39,040 nucleotides of DNA from a virus (Duplodnaviria > Caudoviricetes). Shown here piece by piece: positions 1-8,592 of the stretch. Under the pieces are notes generated by a model. The model saw only the letters and a program-made list of their open reading frames with translations, searched no databases and was not told where the DNA came from. The stretch covers positions 1 through 39,040 of IMG/VR virus record IMGVR_UViG_3300048598_000487; one strand, given 5' to 3'. Position 1 is the stretch's first letter. Every line of letters starts with the position of its first letter. A program made the position numbers and the translations under genes.

Positions 1-54
1 TCACTTAACCTTGCCAAGGTTAGAACACGGGTTCGAATCCCGTCGCCCGCACCA
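1..54 (+). tRNA. tRNA-Gly(GCC), 3' portion (5' end outside window); provirus integration target
   Basis: Anticodon arm TAACC-TTGCCAA-GGTTA (6-22), T arm ACGGG-TTCGAAT-CCCGT (27-43), acceptor 3' strand CGCCCGC, discriminator A, encoded CCA (52-54). A73 is the archaeal/eukaryotic Gly discriminator. Confidence 0.95.
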
Positions 55-1095
55 ACGATCATACCGGTTAGCACGCCTCCGCCGGTCATCAGAAGGGAAA
101 GGGAGGTGAGGTTGCGGGGGGCTCGCAGGCTCGGGGAGTTTGGCGACGCACCAAACCTGCTGGGCCTCCGCGATCGCTTTATCGTTCTTCTTCCGTGCGT
201 AGTAGGTTTCCGTGGTCTTGGTGCTGGCATGCCCCATCATCCGGGACACCGCGTCGAGCGGTACTCCGGAGTCGATGCCGACCTGTCCCCAGGTGCGGCG
301 GCACGCTCTCAGATCGTACTCGACACCAGTCTCCCTGCGGACGATGGCCCGCAGGTCGGTGGTGCCGTTGGTCGAGAACACCCCGTCCCGTCCCTTCTGC
401 AGGTTCTGCAAGCTGGGGAACAGCAGGTCCGAGACAAGGTATTCATTGGCTAGGCTCTTCGCCCTGGCCCGGAGATAGCGGCGCAGGATCGGCAGGCCGT
501 CGGGATGTATGGCCGAGTCCCGTGGCTCGCCATAGCGCCCCTTGCCCTTGACCTCTTCCGCGTGCATGACGCCGCGATCGAGGTCCAGGTCCCCGACCCT
601 GGAGAACCGCAGTTCTTTGGGACGGAGCCCCGAGCAGATCCCCAGGACCGACATGGCATAGGCTTCCATGCGGCGCCAATCATCGTCCGGAACGCGCGCC
701 GCGGCATCAATGATCGTTGCGCGGTCCCGGTCCGAGATGGGGTCCAGCCTCCTCACGGCGTTATGCGGAAAGTGCTGCGGGAACCTGATCCTCGCCCGGT
801 CCACCGCCGCATTGCCTATGTACCGGCACAGCCCGGCCAGGGCATCGATGTTGTGATCGATGCCGCTGTCGGCCATGCCCCTGGACCGGAGCAGGCTGAT
901 GTATGACAGGACGTCCAGGTCGACGAAATGATGAGGGTTGGTGCTCTTGATCTTCCCAACCTGCTTGAGAGTCGTCATGTCCTTATGCATTCGCCGCAGC
1001 CTCCGTCCCAGCTCCTTGTGGGTGGACTCGGCGATCGCTCCGCCCATGACCCCAAGGTATTCGTTGGACACGGTTAGGAAGGGATAGCGTCCCAT
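1..1095 (-). CDS. int: Tyrosine recombinase/integrase
   Basis: Catalytic motifs SGLRPKEL (R), VKGK (K), ACRRTW, MMGH, TTETYY (Y). Start likely ATG 1095 (MGRYPFL) after a GCGAGGT RBS rather than 1167. The ORF runs through attL and stops antisense within the tRNA. Confidence 0.93.
   Translation of the reverse strand: MGRYPFLTVSNEYLGVMGGAIAESTHKELGRRLRRMHKDMTTLKQVGKIKSTNPHHFVDLDVLSYISLLRSRGMADSGIDHNIDALAGLCRYIGNAAVDRARIRFPQHFPHNAVRRLDPISDRDRATIIDAAARVPDDDWRRMEAYAMSVLGICSGLRPKELRFSRVGDLDLDRGVMHAEEVKGKGRYGEPRDSAIHPDGLPILRRYLRARAKSLANEYLVSDLLFPSLQNLQKGRDGVFSTNGTTDLRAIVRRETGVEYDLRACRRTWGQVGIDSGVPLDAVSRMMGHASTKTTETYYARKKNDKAIAEAQQVWCVAKLPEPASPPQPHLPFPSDDRRRRANRYDRWCGRRDSNPCSNLGKVK
40..54 (+). repeat. 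attL core CCGTCGCCCGCACCA
   Basis: Identical to 36769-36783; equals the tRNA 3' end. Confidence 0.95.
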
Positions 1096-1221
1096 GGACC
1101 TCGCCCCCCTCCTACGCCCCGTCCGCGCCTTGACCACGGTAGCCCGAGCTTGTAGCATCGGAACCACCAGGGGGCGGAAGGGTGCGGCGCATAATAATAT
1201 CTCCCGAGATCGACGGCTAGG

Positions 1222-1461
1222 TCACCGTGTGGCGATCGGCACGATCTCACCGCAGGATCTGCATACCCACGGCCCAATCTCCTCGGCCCATCCACGGTGG
1301 ACGATCGTGGTCTGCCGCTGCACCCGAAGGCCCTTCCCGCACCCGGGGCACAGTCTCGCCACCGAGTACCCGCCGAGCGCGCCGTGGACGATCGGCAGCT
1401 CCGGGGCGATAACGCGCTGCAGGCGGTCGCCCTGCCGGATGAACTCGGAGTTGTCGATCAC
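1222..1461 (-). CDS. Small Zn-ribbon protein (CPGC...CRSC)
   Basis: GTG start overlapping the upstream TGA (GTGA coupling); two CxxC pairs. Confidence 0.65.
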   Translation of the reverse strand: MIDNSEFIRQGDRLQRVIAPELPIVHGALGGYSVARLCPGCGKGLRVQRQTTIVHRGWAEEIGPWVCRSCGEIVPIATR

Positions 1462-1694
1462 AGCGATCCCCCTATGAACTTCTCGAAGTCCTGCTTGAAC
1501 TTCTCCAGGTCGTCGCCCTCGACCACGTAACCGAGGTCCTTGAGCTTGGCGAGCGCTTCCTGCCGATCGTACCCATGCCTCTTTCTCATGTGGATGATCA
1601 GGCCCTCCTTGATGGTCGAGGGCAGCCGCCCCAGGACTAATGGAAGGGTATGGTAGTCGCACTCCGGGCACTGCAACGATCCGTCCTCAATCAC
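1458..1694 (-). CDS. C2H2-type zinc-finger protein
   Basis: GAGGTG RBS + GTG at 1694; CPEC...HMRKRH. Confidence 0.7.
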   Translation of the reverse strand: MIEDGSLQCPECDYHTLPLVLGRLPSTIKEGLIIHMRKRHGYDRQEALAKLKDLGYVVEGDDLEKFKQDFEKFIGGSL

Positions 1695-1798
1695 GGGAAC
1701 ACCTCGGTCGCAATGTTGACCCCCAGCAGGATCATGACGGATATGGCTACGAACACCACTGCGCACAGCGCGATGAATGCCCACTCCGATATGGTCAT
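1691..1798 (-). CDS. 35-aa single-pass membrane peptide (below ORF-track cutoff)
   Basis: MTISEWAFIALCAVVFVAISVMILLGVNIATEVFP; GGAGGG RBS; stop overlaps the next start. Confidence 0.6.
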   Translation of the reverse strand: MTISEWAFIALCAVVFVAISVMILLGVNIATEVFP

Positions 1799-1801
1799 TT
1801 A

Positions 1802-1942
1802 TTATCCCTCCTTGACCTTCGTCTGGGCGAGGGTCAGGACGGCGCATTCGCCGGTCGTGCGGTCATACCAGGCACAATCGCCTTGTATACACTGGTATTG
1901 GCCACTCCACTTGATCGCGACATCCATCGGGCAGACAACCAT
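1802..1942 (-). CDS. Small Cys-rich hypothetical protein
   Basis: MVVCPM...CIQGDCAWYD...CAV; packed in the operon with a GGTGGTG RBS. Confidence 0.55.
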   Translation of the reverse strand: MVVCPMDVAIKWSGQYQCIQGDCAWYDRTTGECAVLTLAQTKVKEG

Positions 1943-1943
1943 C

Positions 1944-2132
1944 TCACACCACCCCGTACAGCAGATCGACCATGCAGCACTCGCACAGCTCATCGATCTC
2001 CCCGCTCTCGACGACGATGTACTCAGACACATGGATGCGGCAGCACATGCACGGCTCGCCGGGATGCTCCATCGGCTCGATCACGATGCTGATGCGAGAG
2101 GCCCACTCCGGATCGATATCGCTCATGGCCAT
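1944..2132 (-). CDS. Small Cys-rich hypothetical protein
   Basis: CMCC...CECC; abuts neighbours. Confidence 0.55.
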   Translation of the reverse strand: MAMSDIDPEWASRISIVIEPMEHPGEPCMCCRIHVSEYIVVESGEIDELCECCMVDLLYGVV

Positions 2133-2135
2133 GGC

Positions 2136-2321
2136 TCACTGCCCCCCGGTCCGGTCCAGGGCCTCTTGCAGTTGCCAGCTCGGAATCCAGATGATGGTGT
2201 CTCCGACATCGAACCGAACGTCCCCGTCCCCGACCTCGGTGACGGTGCATACGGCGTCCTTGGCGTCGTTATAGTCATTGCGCGACGCCCACTGGGCCAC
2301 GATCTTGGCCTCCTTGGACAT
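2136..2321 (-). CDS. Hypothetical protein
   Basis: 61 aa, tiling in the leftward operon. Confidence 0.55.
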   Translation of the reverse strand: MSKEAKIVAQWASRNDYNDAKDAVCTVTEVGDGDVRFDVGDTIIWIPSWQLQEALDRTGGQ

Positions 2322-2322
2322 C

Positions 2323-2511
2323 TCACTTCGCCCCCTTCACGACGATGTTCACGCCAATGTTCGGCAGGTAGAACTTCCTCTCGCCCTGGCGGGCCTCGAC
2401 ATCGCCGCACGCCCATGCCAGGATGCTCTCGTACCTGAGCTTTGGATCGCCAATGACCGTCCTGGCCTCGTTGAGGATGGCCTTCTCCAGCTTGTTCAGG
2501 CTCACGATCAC
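2323..2511 (-). CDS. Hypothetical protein
   Basis: GTG start at 2511 overlapping the upstream TGA, GGGGTG RBS. Confidence 0.55.
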   Translation of the reverse strand: MIVSLNKLEKAILNEARTVIGDPKLRYESILAWACGDVEARQGERKFYLPNIGVNIVVKGAK

Positions 2512-2867
2512 GCACCCCCTTCCTTCTTCTCCGGGATCTGCGGGAGGCCGAGCTTGGCCCGCTCCGCGTTCTCGTCGAACGGCTGCGGTGCGAGCGGTAC
2601 TCCGCCCATCAGCAGCCACACCCGGCGGGCCTCCAGGACCGCGAGGTCATTGATACCTCTCGGGGCCAGGGGATCGAAGTAGCACTTCCCTATCCCCGGC
2701 CCGCCCTTGGTGGTGTCGCCCACCTGTATCGACGATGCGCGGCCGATGCTCTCGGCGATCTTCCGCTCGGCCCTGACCAGGCGCTCCTTCAGCGCATCGA
2801 TCTCCTTGACCTGGTCCTCGACGGTCTGGACCAGCCATTGCTCGGTAAGCGGATCGAGCGGCATCAC
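2508..2867 (-). CDS. Hypothetical protein with coiled coil
   Basis: GGAGGTG RBS, start/stop overlap, heptad segment. Confidence 0.6.
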   Translation of the reverse strand: MMPLDPLTEQWLVQTVEDQVKEIDALKERLVRAERKIAESIGRASSIQVGDTTKGGPGIGKCYFDPLAPRGINDLAVLEARRVWLLMGGVPLAPQPFDENAERAKLGLPQIPEKKEGGA

Positions 2868-3577
2868 TCCACCTCCACGGCGTCGTCCAGTTCCTCAGCC
2901 GATGTAAATCCGCAAGCTGTGTACAGCCGCAGCGCGCGGTTCAGCGCGCGGGTGCAGGCCAGCTCCCGCAGGTACGAGTGCATCGCGGTCATCTTGACGT
3001 TCTTCGTCGTCGCCGTGGCGATCGCGGTGTACGGGCGGCCGACCTGGGCCATGAGGTCCTTGCGCAGGTCCTCCGGGAACTCCTTGACCATCTTGAGCAG
3101 CTCCATGTCCTGCGGCGAGAGGACCGGGAAGATGTACCCCCTGGCCTCGTAGCCGATGAGCTTATTGTCTTCGCGGATCTCCTGCGAGATCTCGGCGTGC
3201 ATCGATTTGTACCCGCCCTTCTTCTCGGCCTTGATTAACAGGCCCGCTTGCGTGACGAACATGCGGCCGTTGAGGTTGACCACCAGCTCCTTGGGCATGC
3301 CCAGGACCTGGTTGACCTCGAAGCTGTTCGTTGGTACGTCCTCGGCCGGAACGAACTCAGGCTGGACGTCCAACGCCTGCTGCTTCTCGACCGGAAGTCC
3401 CATCTCCTCCGGGCGCAGGGGCCGCACCCGGCCGTCCGCTTCCAACATTATGTGCTCGCCGTCCTTGCCGACCAGCCGGGCATACTGCCCGACCGGAGGT
3501 CGCTCCAGCGTGTAGCCATGGACCTCCGTCAGGTCCGCCAGCTTGGCCTTCCACACTCCTATCATCATGTTCGACAT
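2864..3577 (-). CDS. Single-strand annealing protein (Rad52/Redbeta-like recombinase)
   Basis: LNGRMFVTQAGLL...ELACTRALNRALRLYTACGFTSAEEL resembles the conserved core of viral SSAPs. Confidence 0.65.
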   Translation of the reverse strand: MSNMMIGVWKAKLADLTEVHGYTLERPPVGQYARLVGKDGEHIMLEADGRVRPLRPEEMGLPVEKQQALDVQPEFVPAEDVPTNSFEVNQVLGMPKELVVNLNGRMFVTQAGLLIKAEKKGGYKSMHAEISQEIREDNKLIGYEARGYIFPVLSPQDMELLKMVKEFPEDLRKDLMAQVGRPYTAIATATTKNVKMTAMHSYLRELACTRALNRALRLYTACGFTSAEELDDAVEVE

Positions 3578-3579
3578 GC

Positions 3580-3909
3580 TCAGTTCCTCCCGATACCCAC
3601 CGCATCCCTGACGACCTCAGCCATGTACAGCCCCGGCTTGGTCAGGGTGTACGCTCTCGATCGCGCTCCCCCGTCGATGTGCCGCAGCTGCCATTCGACG
3701 ATGCCGCTCGTTGTCATCTTGCACAGCTCGAACGAGATGCCCGATCTCTCCACGCCCACAACGCGGCCGATTCCCCGGGCGGTCACCGCCGCCGGTGCGT
3801 CGTACTCGCTCACCGCACCCTGCTTGTTCAGCAGGTGCAGGAGGATGCGTTCCCATGTGGTCAGCTCCGGTCCAGCGCTCTCGCTATTGCATGTGGCTAA
3901 TGCTTCCAT
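3580..3909 (-). CDS. Winged-helix DNA-binding protein
   Basis: LTTWERILLHL...GIGRVVGVERSGISFELCKM...YTLTKPG; MarR/ArsR-like pattern. Confidence 0.75.
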   Translation of the reverse strand: MEALATCNSESAGPELTTWERILLHLLNKQGAVSEYDAPAAVTARGIGRVVGVERSGISFELCKMTTSGIVEWQLRHIDGGARSRAYTLTKPGLYMAEVVRDAVGIGRN

Positions 3910-3954
3910 GTTGTCCGTCTCCCTGCGCTCTTCGCGCTGAAGGACGCATTGATC

Positions 3955-4065
3955 TGTTAATATTTCAATACTTCGTAATTATTGTAATTCGTTTCGATTG
4001 TAATATCGTATTATTTTATTATAAAATCACCTGTAATATTTAAATTCATGAATACCATAGTTGCA
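3955..4065. promoter_or_regulatory. AT-rich divergent promoter/operator region
   Basis: Very AT-rich gap between divergent genes; TATA-like TTTTATTATAAAA; ATTGTAAT at 3981 and 3997, TGTAATAT at 4032. Confidence 0.7.
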
Positions 4066-4070
4066 ATGCA

Positions 4071-4292
4071 ATGCCTACCATCGAAAGGCGCAAGCCACCG
4101 CGCGGCAGCAAGATACTAGACTACCAGAAGGTCCAAAGAACTGGCGGAATTACATTGAATAAAGATTGCCGAACAGCTCTAGACATCAAGGGAGGGGAAT
4201 GGCTTGTTATCTATCCCGGTCCGGAACCAGGCACGGTAATCATGAAGAAGGTGCCTCACATGGAATTCGTTGATGAGTCGGACGATAAATGA
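4071..4292 (+). CDS. AbrB/MazE/SpoVT-family regulator (candidate repressor)
   Basis: KVQRTGGITLNKDCRTALDIKGGEWLVIY...VIMKKV swapped-hairpin signature. Confidence 0.8.
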   Translation: MPTIERRKPPRGSKILDYQKVQRTGGITLNKDCRTALDIKGGEWLVIYPGPEPGTVIMKKVPHMEFVDESDDK

Positions 4293-4567
4293 GATGAGCG
4301 ACGATCCAAATCCTGATTGATATTTCTCATGTGTTTTTGAACCAGCTCGCGTAGCGCAGGGTTTTCGAGATCTTCCTTTTCCCCACCCACGATCGTGATG
4401 GCCACACATCTCAGTTCCACATGACCCCCCGCGAAGGAGGCTGCATATGACCATAATACCATCTGTGAGAGGTGCCCGAAAATCATCGGCGCATATTGCG
4501 CTTTTATTGCATCGCACCATATTTTAACTGGACAAAACAAAATTACCGAGGCATGTTGATGCGCCAA
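4256..4567 (-). CDS. Possible hypothetical protein convergent on the AbrB-like gene
   Basis: TTG start with GGAAGGGT upstream and a minus-strand TTTATAA at 4601-4607; no recognisable motif. Confidence 0.3.
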   Translation of the reverse strand: MAHQHASVILFCPVKIWCDAIKAQYAPMIFGHLSQMVLWSYAASFAGGHVELRCVAITIVGGEKEDLENPALRELVQKHMRNINQDLDRRSSHLSSDSSTNSM

Positions 4568-4668
4568 CCAACCCTTCCAAATACCGAAAGTGCAGACGCA
4601 TTATAAACGATCCTTATCCCCTAACGATGATGGTCTATCGAATCACCGGAAACAACCCTTCGTCGGAG

Positions 4669-4747
<79 letters not shown>

Positions 4748-4837
4748 GAAGGGGCGAGAGCACCAAGATATCTTCTTGCTCTATTGATTTTTAGAAAACA
4801 TACTCCACGGGGACCGTCACCGGAAATCGTACCTACG

Positions 4838-4878
4838 TATTTTTAAATTACAATAGTATTGAACCTCAAGGAGGCGGA
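4838..4878 (+). promoter_or_regulatory. Promoter and RBS of the rightward early operon
   Basis: TTTTTAAATT TATA-like box, ATTACAAT motif (4847), GGAGGCGG RBS at 4870. Confidence 0.65.
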
Positions 4879-4881
4879 GCA

Positions 4882-5409
4882 ACGGCACGTCCTAAAAAAT
4901 ATGAGCATGGGTTCAAGATCGTCACTTTTTCCGCGCCAGAGGATTTGAGCAAGAGACTGAGGGATTATGGGGAGGCCAATCCTGGTGGGCTATCGTCGTT
5001 CATCTGCGAGTGCCTGGAAGCCAAACTAACTGGGGTCGACTCCAAGCGGATCGCAAAGGAGTTGCGGACGGAGAACGACCAGATTACCATACTACGAGGT
5101 GAACTCTCCGAGCACGAACAGAGGGCCAGAGATCTCCAGGCCCAGCTGAACGAGCAGAGGGAAATCCATCAAGACACCACTGACAATCGCATCGAACTCC
5201 TCGCGCAATGCGTGCGCACCGGCCGCATCAACGACCTCGAGCTGTTCCGCGCTTGGGCCGACGCCCCGGCTGGGCGGGAGGTCCTCCCCCGCTGTAGGTT
5301 CCCAACCGCCGATGACGCCTTCGAATGGATGTCCTCCGATCCCGATGCCGTCGCCTGGCGAGGCGACAACGATCCCCGCGTGCGCAAGCTGCAAGGGGGA
5401 TTGAAGTGA
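4882..5409 (+). CDS. Ribbon-helix-helix (CopG-like) + coiled-coil protein
   Basis: In-frame upstream extension (T)ARPKKYEHGFKIVTFSAPEDLSKRL...LSSFICECLE gives a full RHH; start is ACG 4882 or TTG 4945. Confidence 0.7.
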   Translation, partial: TARPKKYEHGFKIVTFSAPEDLSKRLRDYGEANPGGLSSFICECLEAKLTGVDSKRIAKELRTENDQITILRGELSEHEQRARDLQAQLNEQREIHQDTTDNRIELLAQCVRTGRINDLELFRAWADAPAGREVLPRCRFPTADDAFEWMSSDPDAVAWRGDNDPRVRKLQGGLK

Positions 5410-5624
5410 CCACCCGATCGGAGCGCATATCGGAATGGCTGGCAACCCTGCCGCAGGACGGCCGGTTCACCACCACCGACGCCTACGAACGCTTCCTGCG
5501 TCGCTGGCCGAGCATGAGGTTCAGCCGCATGAACGCCGCGCAGCAACTGACCAAGAGCGGAATGTTCCAGCGGGTCGATGCCCGCGCCCGCGACCAGGTG
5601 TGGACCGCAGCGGTGGATCAATGA
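5406..5624 (+). CDS. Small winged-helix-like protein
   Basis: GTG start overlapping the upstream TGA; FTTTDAYERF...AAQQL...FQRV...W. Confidence 0.6.
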   Translation: MTTRSERISEWLATLPQDGRFTTTDAYERFLRRWPSMRFSRMNAAQQLTKSGMFQRVDARARDQVWTAAVDQ

Positions 5625-6067
5625 TCGAGTTCGAAGTGCTCGGACTGCCGAAGCCCAAGGGCTCGACGAAATCATACCCCTACCGCCGCAAGGATGGGAA
5701 GCTCGGGGTCAGCACCACCAACAGCTGCCCGGGCACCGCGGAATGGGAGGAGCGGGTGCGCACAGAGGCGGGGCGCGCCGTCCCGGACGGTCCGGTGGCC
5801 GCGCTGGACAAGGGATGCGCGGTCACGCTGTTCTTCTTGCTGCCTCGGCCGCAGTACCTTCGGAAGAAGGATGCCTGCGCCATTAAGCGCCCGGACATCG
5901 ACAAGCTCGCCCGCGCGGTCTTGGACGGCCTCACCGGCCCGATCGTGCGCGATGACTCGCTGATCGTTAGCCTGGTGGTGGACAAGGATTACTGTCAAGG
6001 GAACGAGCGCGCCGGCTGCCTCATCACGGTCGAGCCGCGCGAACCGAGGAGACTCGAACGGAGGTAA
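5621..6067 (+). CDS. rusA: RusA-family Holliday junction resolvase
   Basis: MIEFEVLGLPKPKGS...RPDIDKLARAVLDGL...DDSLIV..LVVDK. Confidence 0.9.
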   Translation: MIEFEVLGLPKPKGSTKSYPYRRKDGKLGVSTTNSCPGTAEWEERVRTEAGRAVPDGPVAALDKGCAVTLFFLLPRPQYLRKKDACAIKRPDIDKLARAVLDGLTGPIVRDDSLIVSLVVDKDYCQGNERAGCLITVEPREPRRLERR

Positions 6068-6071
6068 GGAC

Positions 6072-6953
6072 ATGGCTAGGAAGAAGAAGGACAAAGAGGA
6101 GACGGTGGTGGAGATCCCGCCCAACGCCTCCCCGGAGCTGGTAGAGGAACGCATGGCCGAGGTCGTCGACGCGGCGATCCCGCTGGAGGACCCCCAGGAG
6201 AACTGGGACTCGTTCCACGATCGCGGCGCACCGACTCCGGACCCGATGATCGAGGAGGGCGTCGGCGACCCCATCAAGCGCGAGCCGTTCTGGCGCGGCG
6301 GTCCGCTGGACACCGTTAAAGGGATGCCGTGGCACTCCGTCCTGAACCAATGCCCTCCGGGCAGCATCATCGTGCTGCTGCCGGGACTGTACTCCTGGGG
6401 CGAGGGCGAGAAGCAAGAGTCGGTGCAATTGGGAAAGGAGCTGGAGCTGGAGGTTGATGATCCCTCGTTCTGGACCCCAGAGAAGATCATTGACTATATC
6501 TGCACCATCTACTCCGAGGAAGAGGATGAACAGGAGATCGAGGAGGACCCCAACTACGTCAGAGCCCAGGACATGGTCGCCGAGGGCGAGGGGCGCAAGC
6601 AGACGCAGCAGCTGAGGTTCGACTCCGACTCGGGACAAATGGTCCCGGCGCCGGTGGCCACCATACTGCACAAGCCCCGCGCCGTCCCGGTGGAGATCAA
6701 GCTGGCCAACAACCAGTTCAAGATCAACACCACCGAGGAGGGCCAGGAGAACATTGCCGAGAAGTCCCGCGACGACATCCGGGAGTGGGTCATTCCCCGC
6801 ATGAAGGTGCTCAAGGACGCCACCATCCGGCAGGGAGACTTCGATGCGGCGGTCGATCTGATGGTCCAGGTAATCCTGGGCGAGGTCGATGTGGAAGAGG
6901 TCTGGAAGGACAACGTCAAGCAAGCCTCACCAGCGGCCAAGGGGGAGGCTTGA
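6072..6953 (+). CDS. Acidic hypothetical protein
   Basis: 293 aa, GGAGGT RBS, GC3-biased codons. Confidence 0.75.
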   Translation: MARKKKDKEETVVEIPPNASPELVEERMAEVVDAAIPLEDPQENWDSFHDRGAPTPDPMIEEGVGDPIKREPFWRGGPLDTVKGMPWHSVLNQCPPGSIIVLLPGLYSWGEGEKQESVQLGKELELEVDDPSFWTPEKIIDYICTIYSEEEDEQEIEEDPNYVRAQDMVAEGEGRKQTQQLRFDSDSGQMVPAPVATILHKPRAVPVEIKLANNQFKINTTEEGQENIAEKSRDDIREWVIPRMKVLKDATIRQGDFDAAVDLMVQVILGEVDVEEVWKDNVKQASPAAKGEA

Positions 6954-6955
6954 GC

Positions 6956-7162
6956 ATGCCCCCGCCTCGCTTGAAGAAAAACATCCCCCAGGACCTCCTC
7001 GACATAACAAAGTGCCCTGACTGTGGCAAGGTCCAAAAGAAGGTCCGAAAGGTAGCGGGGGACACCTGCGAGAACGAGGACTGCGAAAGCACCGTCGACC
7101 CCTACGTCACCAGGGAGGGCGAGACCGTCCTCATCTGGCAGAACCCCAACTGGGACGGGTGA
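6956..7162 (+). CDS. Zn-ribbon protein
   Basis: CPDC...CENEDC; GGAGG RBS. Confidence 0.65.
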   Translation: MPPPRLKKNIPQDLLDITKCPDCGKVQKKVRKVAGDTCENEDCESTVDPYVTREGETVLIWQNPNWDG

Positions 7163-7166
7163 TCGG

Positions 7167-7529
7167 ATGCCTCTCTACAAGGGACACTTGATCTGCACCA
7201 AGTCCGGGACCGTGCGCTACACCAAGGGTGCCTCGACCAAACCCAGCGAGGTCGCCGTATCGTTCAACTTCGAGCTCCCCGACACCCTGTTCTGGAAGCC
7301 GGTCATCCCGCTCAAGGTCCAGGTCGACCCGGTCAAACCCCCGGTCATCACGCCGGAGCTGCGCGTGAAGGCGCAGGAATTGCTGGAGAAGGAGTTCGGG
7401 CTGAAGATCGAGCTCGCCATCGTCGCCAAGGACCCCTGCCCCGAATGCGGCCTGTACCGTGACGGGGAATGTGATCCCGAGAAGGACCCCTGCGACGAGA
7501 GGAAGACCTTCATGGAGGTGAGGGGGTGA
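7167..7529 (+). CDS. Hypothetical protein, C-terminal Cys cluster
   Basis: CPEC...C...C; operon tiling. Confidence 0.7.
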   Translation: MPLYKGHLICTKSGTVRYTKGASTKPSEVAVSFNFELPDTLFWKPVIPLKVQVDPVKPPVITPELRVKAQELLEKEFGLKIELAIVAKDPCPECGLYRDGECDPEKDPCDERKTFMEVRG

Positions 7530-7909
7530 ACGCGCTCAGCAGCGCCTGCGCCACGCGACATCACAACGCGTGCAAGGGCGTCAAGGGCCGCGGCGATGAC
7601 GCGCAGCCATGCGGGTGCGTATGTCATGCCCGCTCGGCGGTCGTCGCGCAGAAGGAGCAGCGCCGCGCGGCGAAGGCCGCAAAGCCCAGACCGAGGCCCG
7701 ATCGCCAATCATTCCACGGAGCCCGGGGCGTTGGGAAATCGGCGCTCATGGAGGAACAGGTCAAGAAGGCCGAGGGGGAGGGCAAGAAGGTCCTGGTCAT
7801 CAGGCCCGACACCGAGGGCCGCCCGGCATGCTACGGCCTCTGCTACGAGCTGTCCAGCGCGTGCAATGCATGCGGCAGCTTCAACGCTTGCAGGAAGGCG
7901 ACGATATGA
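7526..7909 (+). CDS. Cys-rich hypothetical protein
   Basis: GTGA coupling; Cys clusters at both ends; central GARGVGKS. Confidence 0.6.
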   Translation: MNALSSACATRHHNACKGVKGRGDDAQPCGCVCHARSAVVAQKEQRRAAKAAKPRPRPDRQSFHGARGVGKSALMEEQVKKAEGEGKKVLVIRPDTEGRPACYGLCYELSSACNACGSFNACRKATI

Positions 7910-8592
7910 TCACGGCATCTGCGGGGGGGGGGGTGTCCCGCGTGAGCAGCCGCTCCCGTAATCCTTCCCGCGCTCTCATGAAGCGGGACGTCTGGGCTCT
8001 CGGTCCGCCCTCCAACGGCTACCCTGGCGCGTTCCCGCGAGGGCTTATCAAGCGCATCAAAGCCAACGGGTGGTGGGGGCAGGACCGGCTGTGGATGTTC
8101 AGCGGCTCATTCCAGGATGTAGGCGGAACCATGGTGGATGCACGATCCGGACGGGTATGCTCAAAATGCCGTAACGTCGAGGTCGCATGCAAGTGCCCCG
8201 ACGGCCCTGCGCTCTCCAAGGTCGAGGTGCGCCCGACCTTTGTAGCGGATTGCGAGGACCTGCCGTGCGAGGACGAATCATTTGATTTCGTGATGCTGGA
8301 CCCACCATATTCGGAGGCCGAGGCTGCCGACCTGTACGACATGCCGTACTGCAACATCCCCAAGGTGGTCAACGAGGCAGCTCGAGTATGCGCTCCGGGC
8401 GGCCGGGTGCTGATGCTGCATCGCCTGATACCGTGGGCCGGGCCGTGGGAGAACGAGCACAAGAAGCGCCTGGTCCCGGAGGCGGTGATCGGTGTGTACA
8501 CCATCGCCGGTTACACCAATATTCGCTGTCTTAGCGTGTGGCGGAAGAACGAGAGCCTGACGCCATTCCTCGGGGACGGTGACCGACAATGA
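7906..8592 (+). CDS. SAM-dependent amino (N6-A/N4-C) methyltransferase
   Basis: YPGAFPRG, WMFSGS, ADCEDLP..DESFDFVMLDPPY, EAARVCAPGG. Start could also be GTG 7942 or ATG 7978. Confidence 0.8.
   Translation: MITASAGGGVSRVSSRSRNPSRALMKRDVWALGPPSNGYPGAFPRGLIKRIKANGWWGQDRLWMFSGSFQDVGGTMVDARSGRVCSKCRNVEVACKCPDGPALSKVEVRPTFVADCEDLPCEDESFDFVMLDPPYSEAEAADLYDMPYCNIPKVVNEAARVCAPGGRVLMLHRLIPWAGPWENEHKKRLVPEAVIGVYTIAGYTNIRCLSVWRKNESLTPFLGDGDRQ

Noticed and set aside
4071-4567. MazEF/VapBC-type toxin-antitoxin pair
   Set aside because: No co-oriented toxin gene next to the AbrB-like gene; the neighbour is convergent and motif-less.
7717-7745. GARGVGKS P-loop-like motif in ORF 7526-7909
   Set aside because: The protein is too short and lacks a convincing Walker B or NTPase core.
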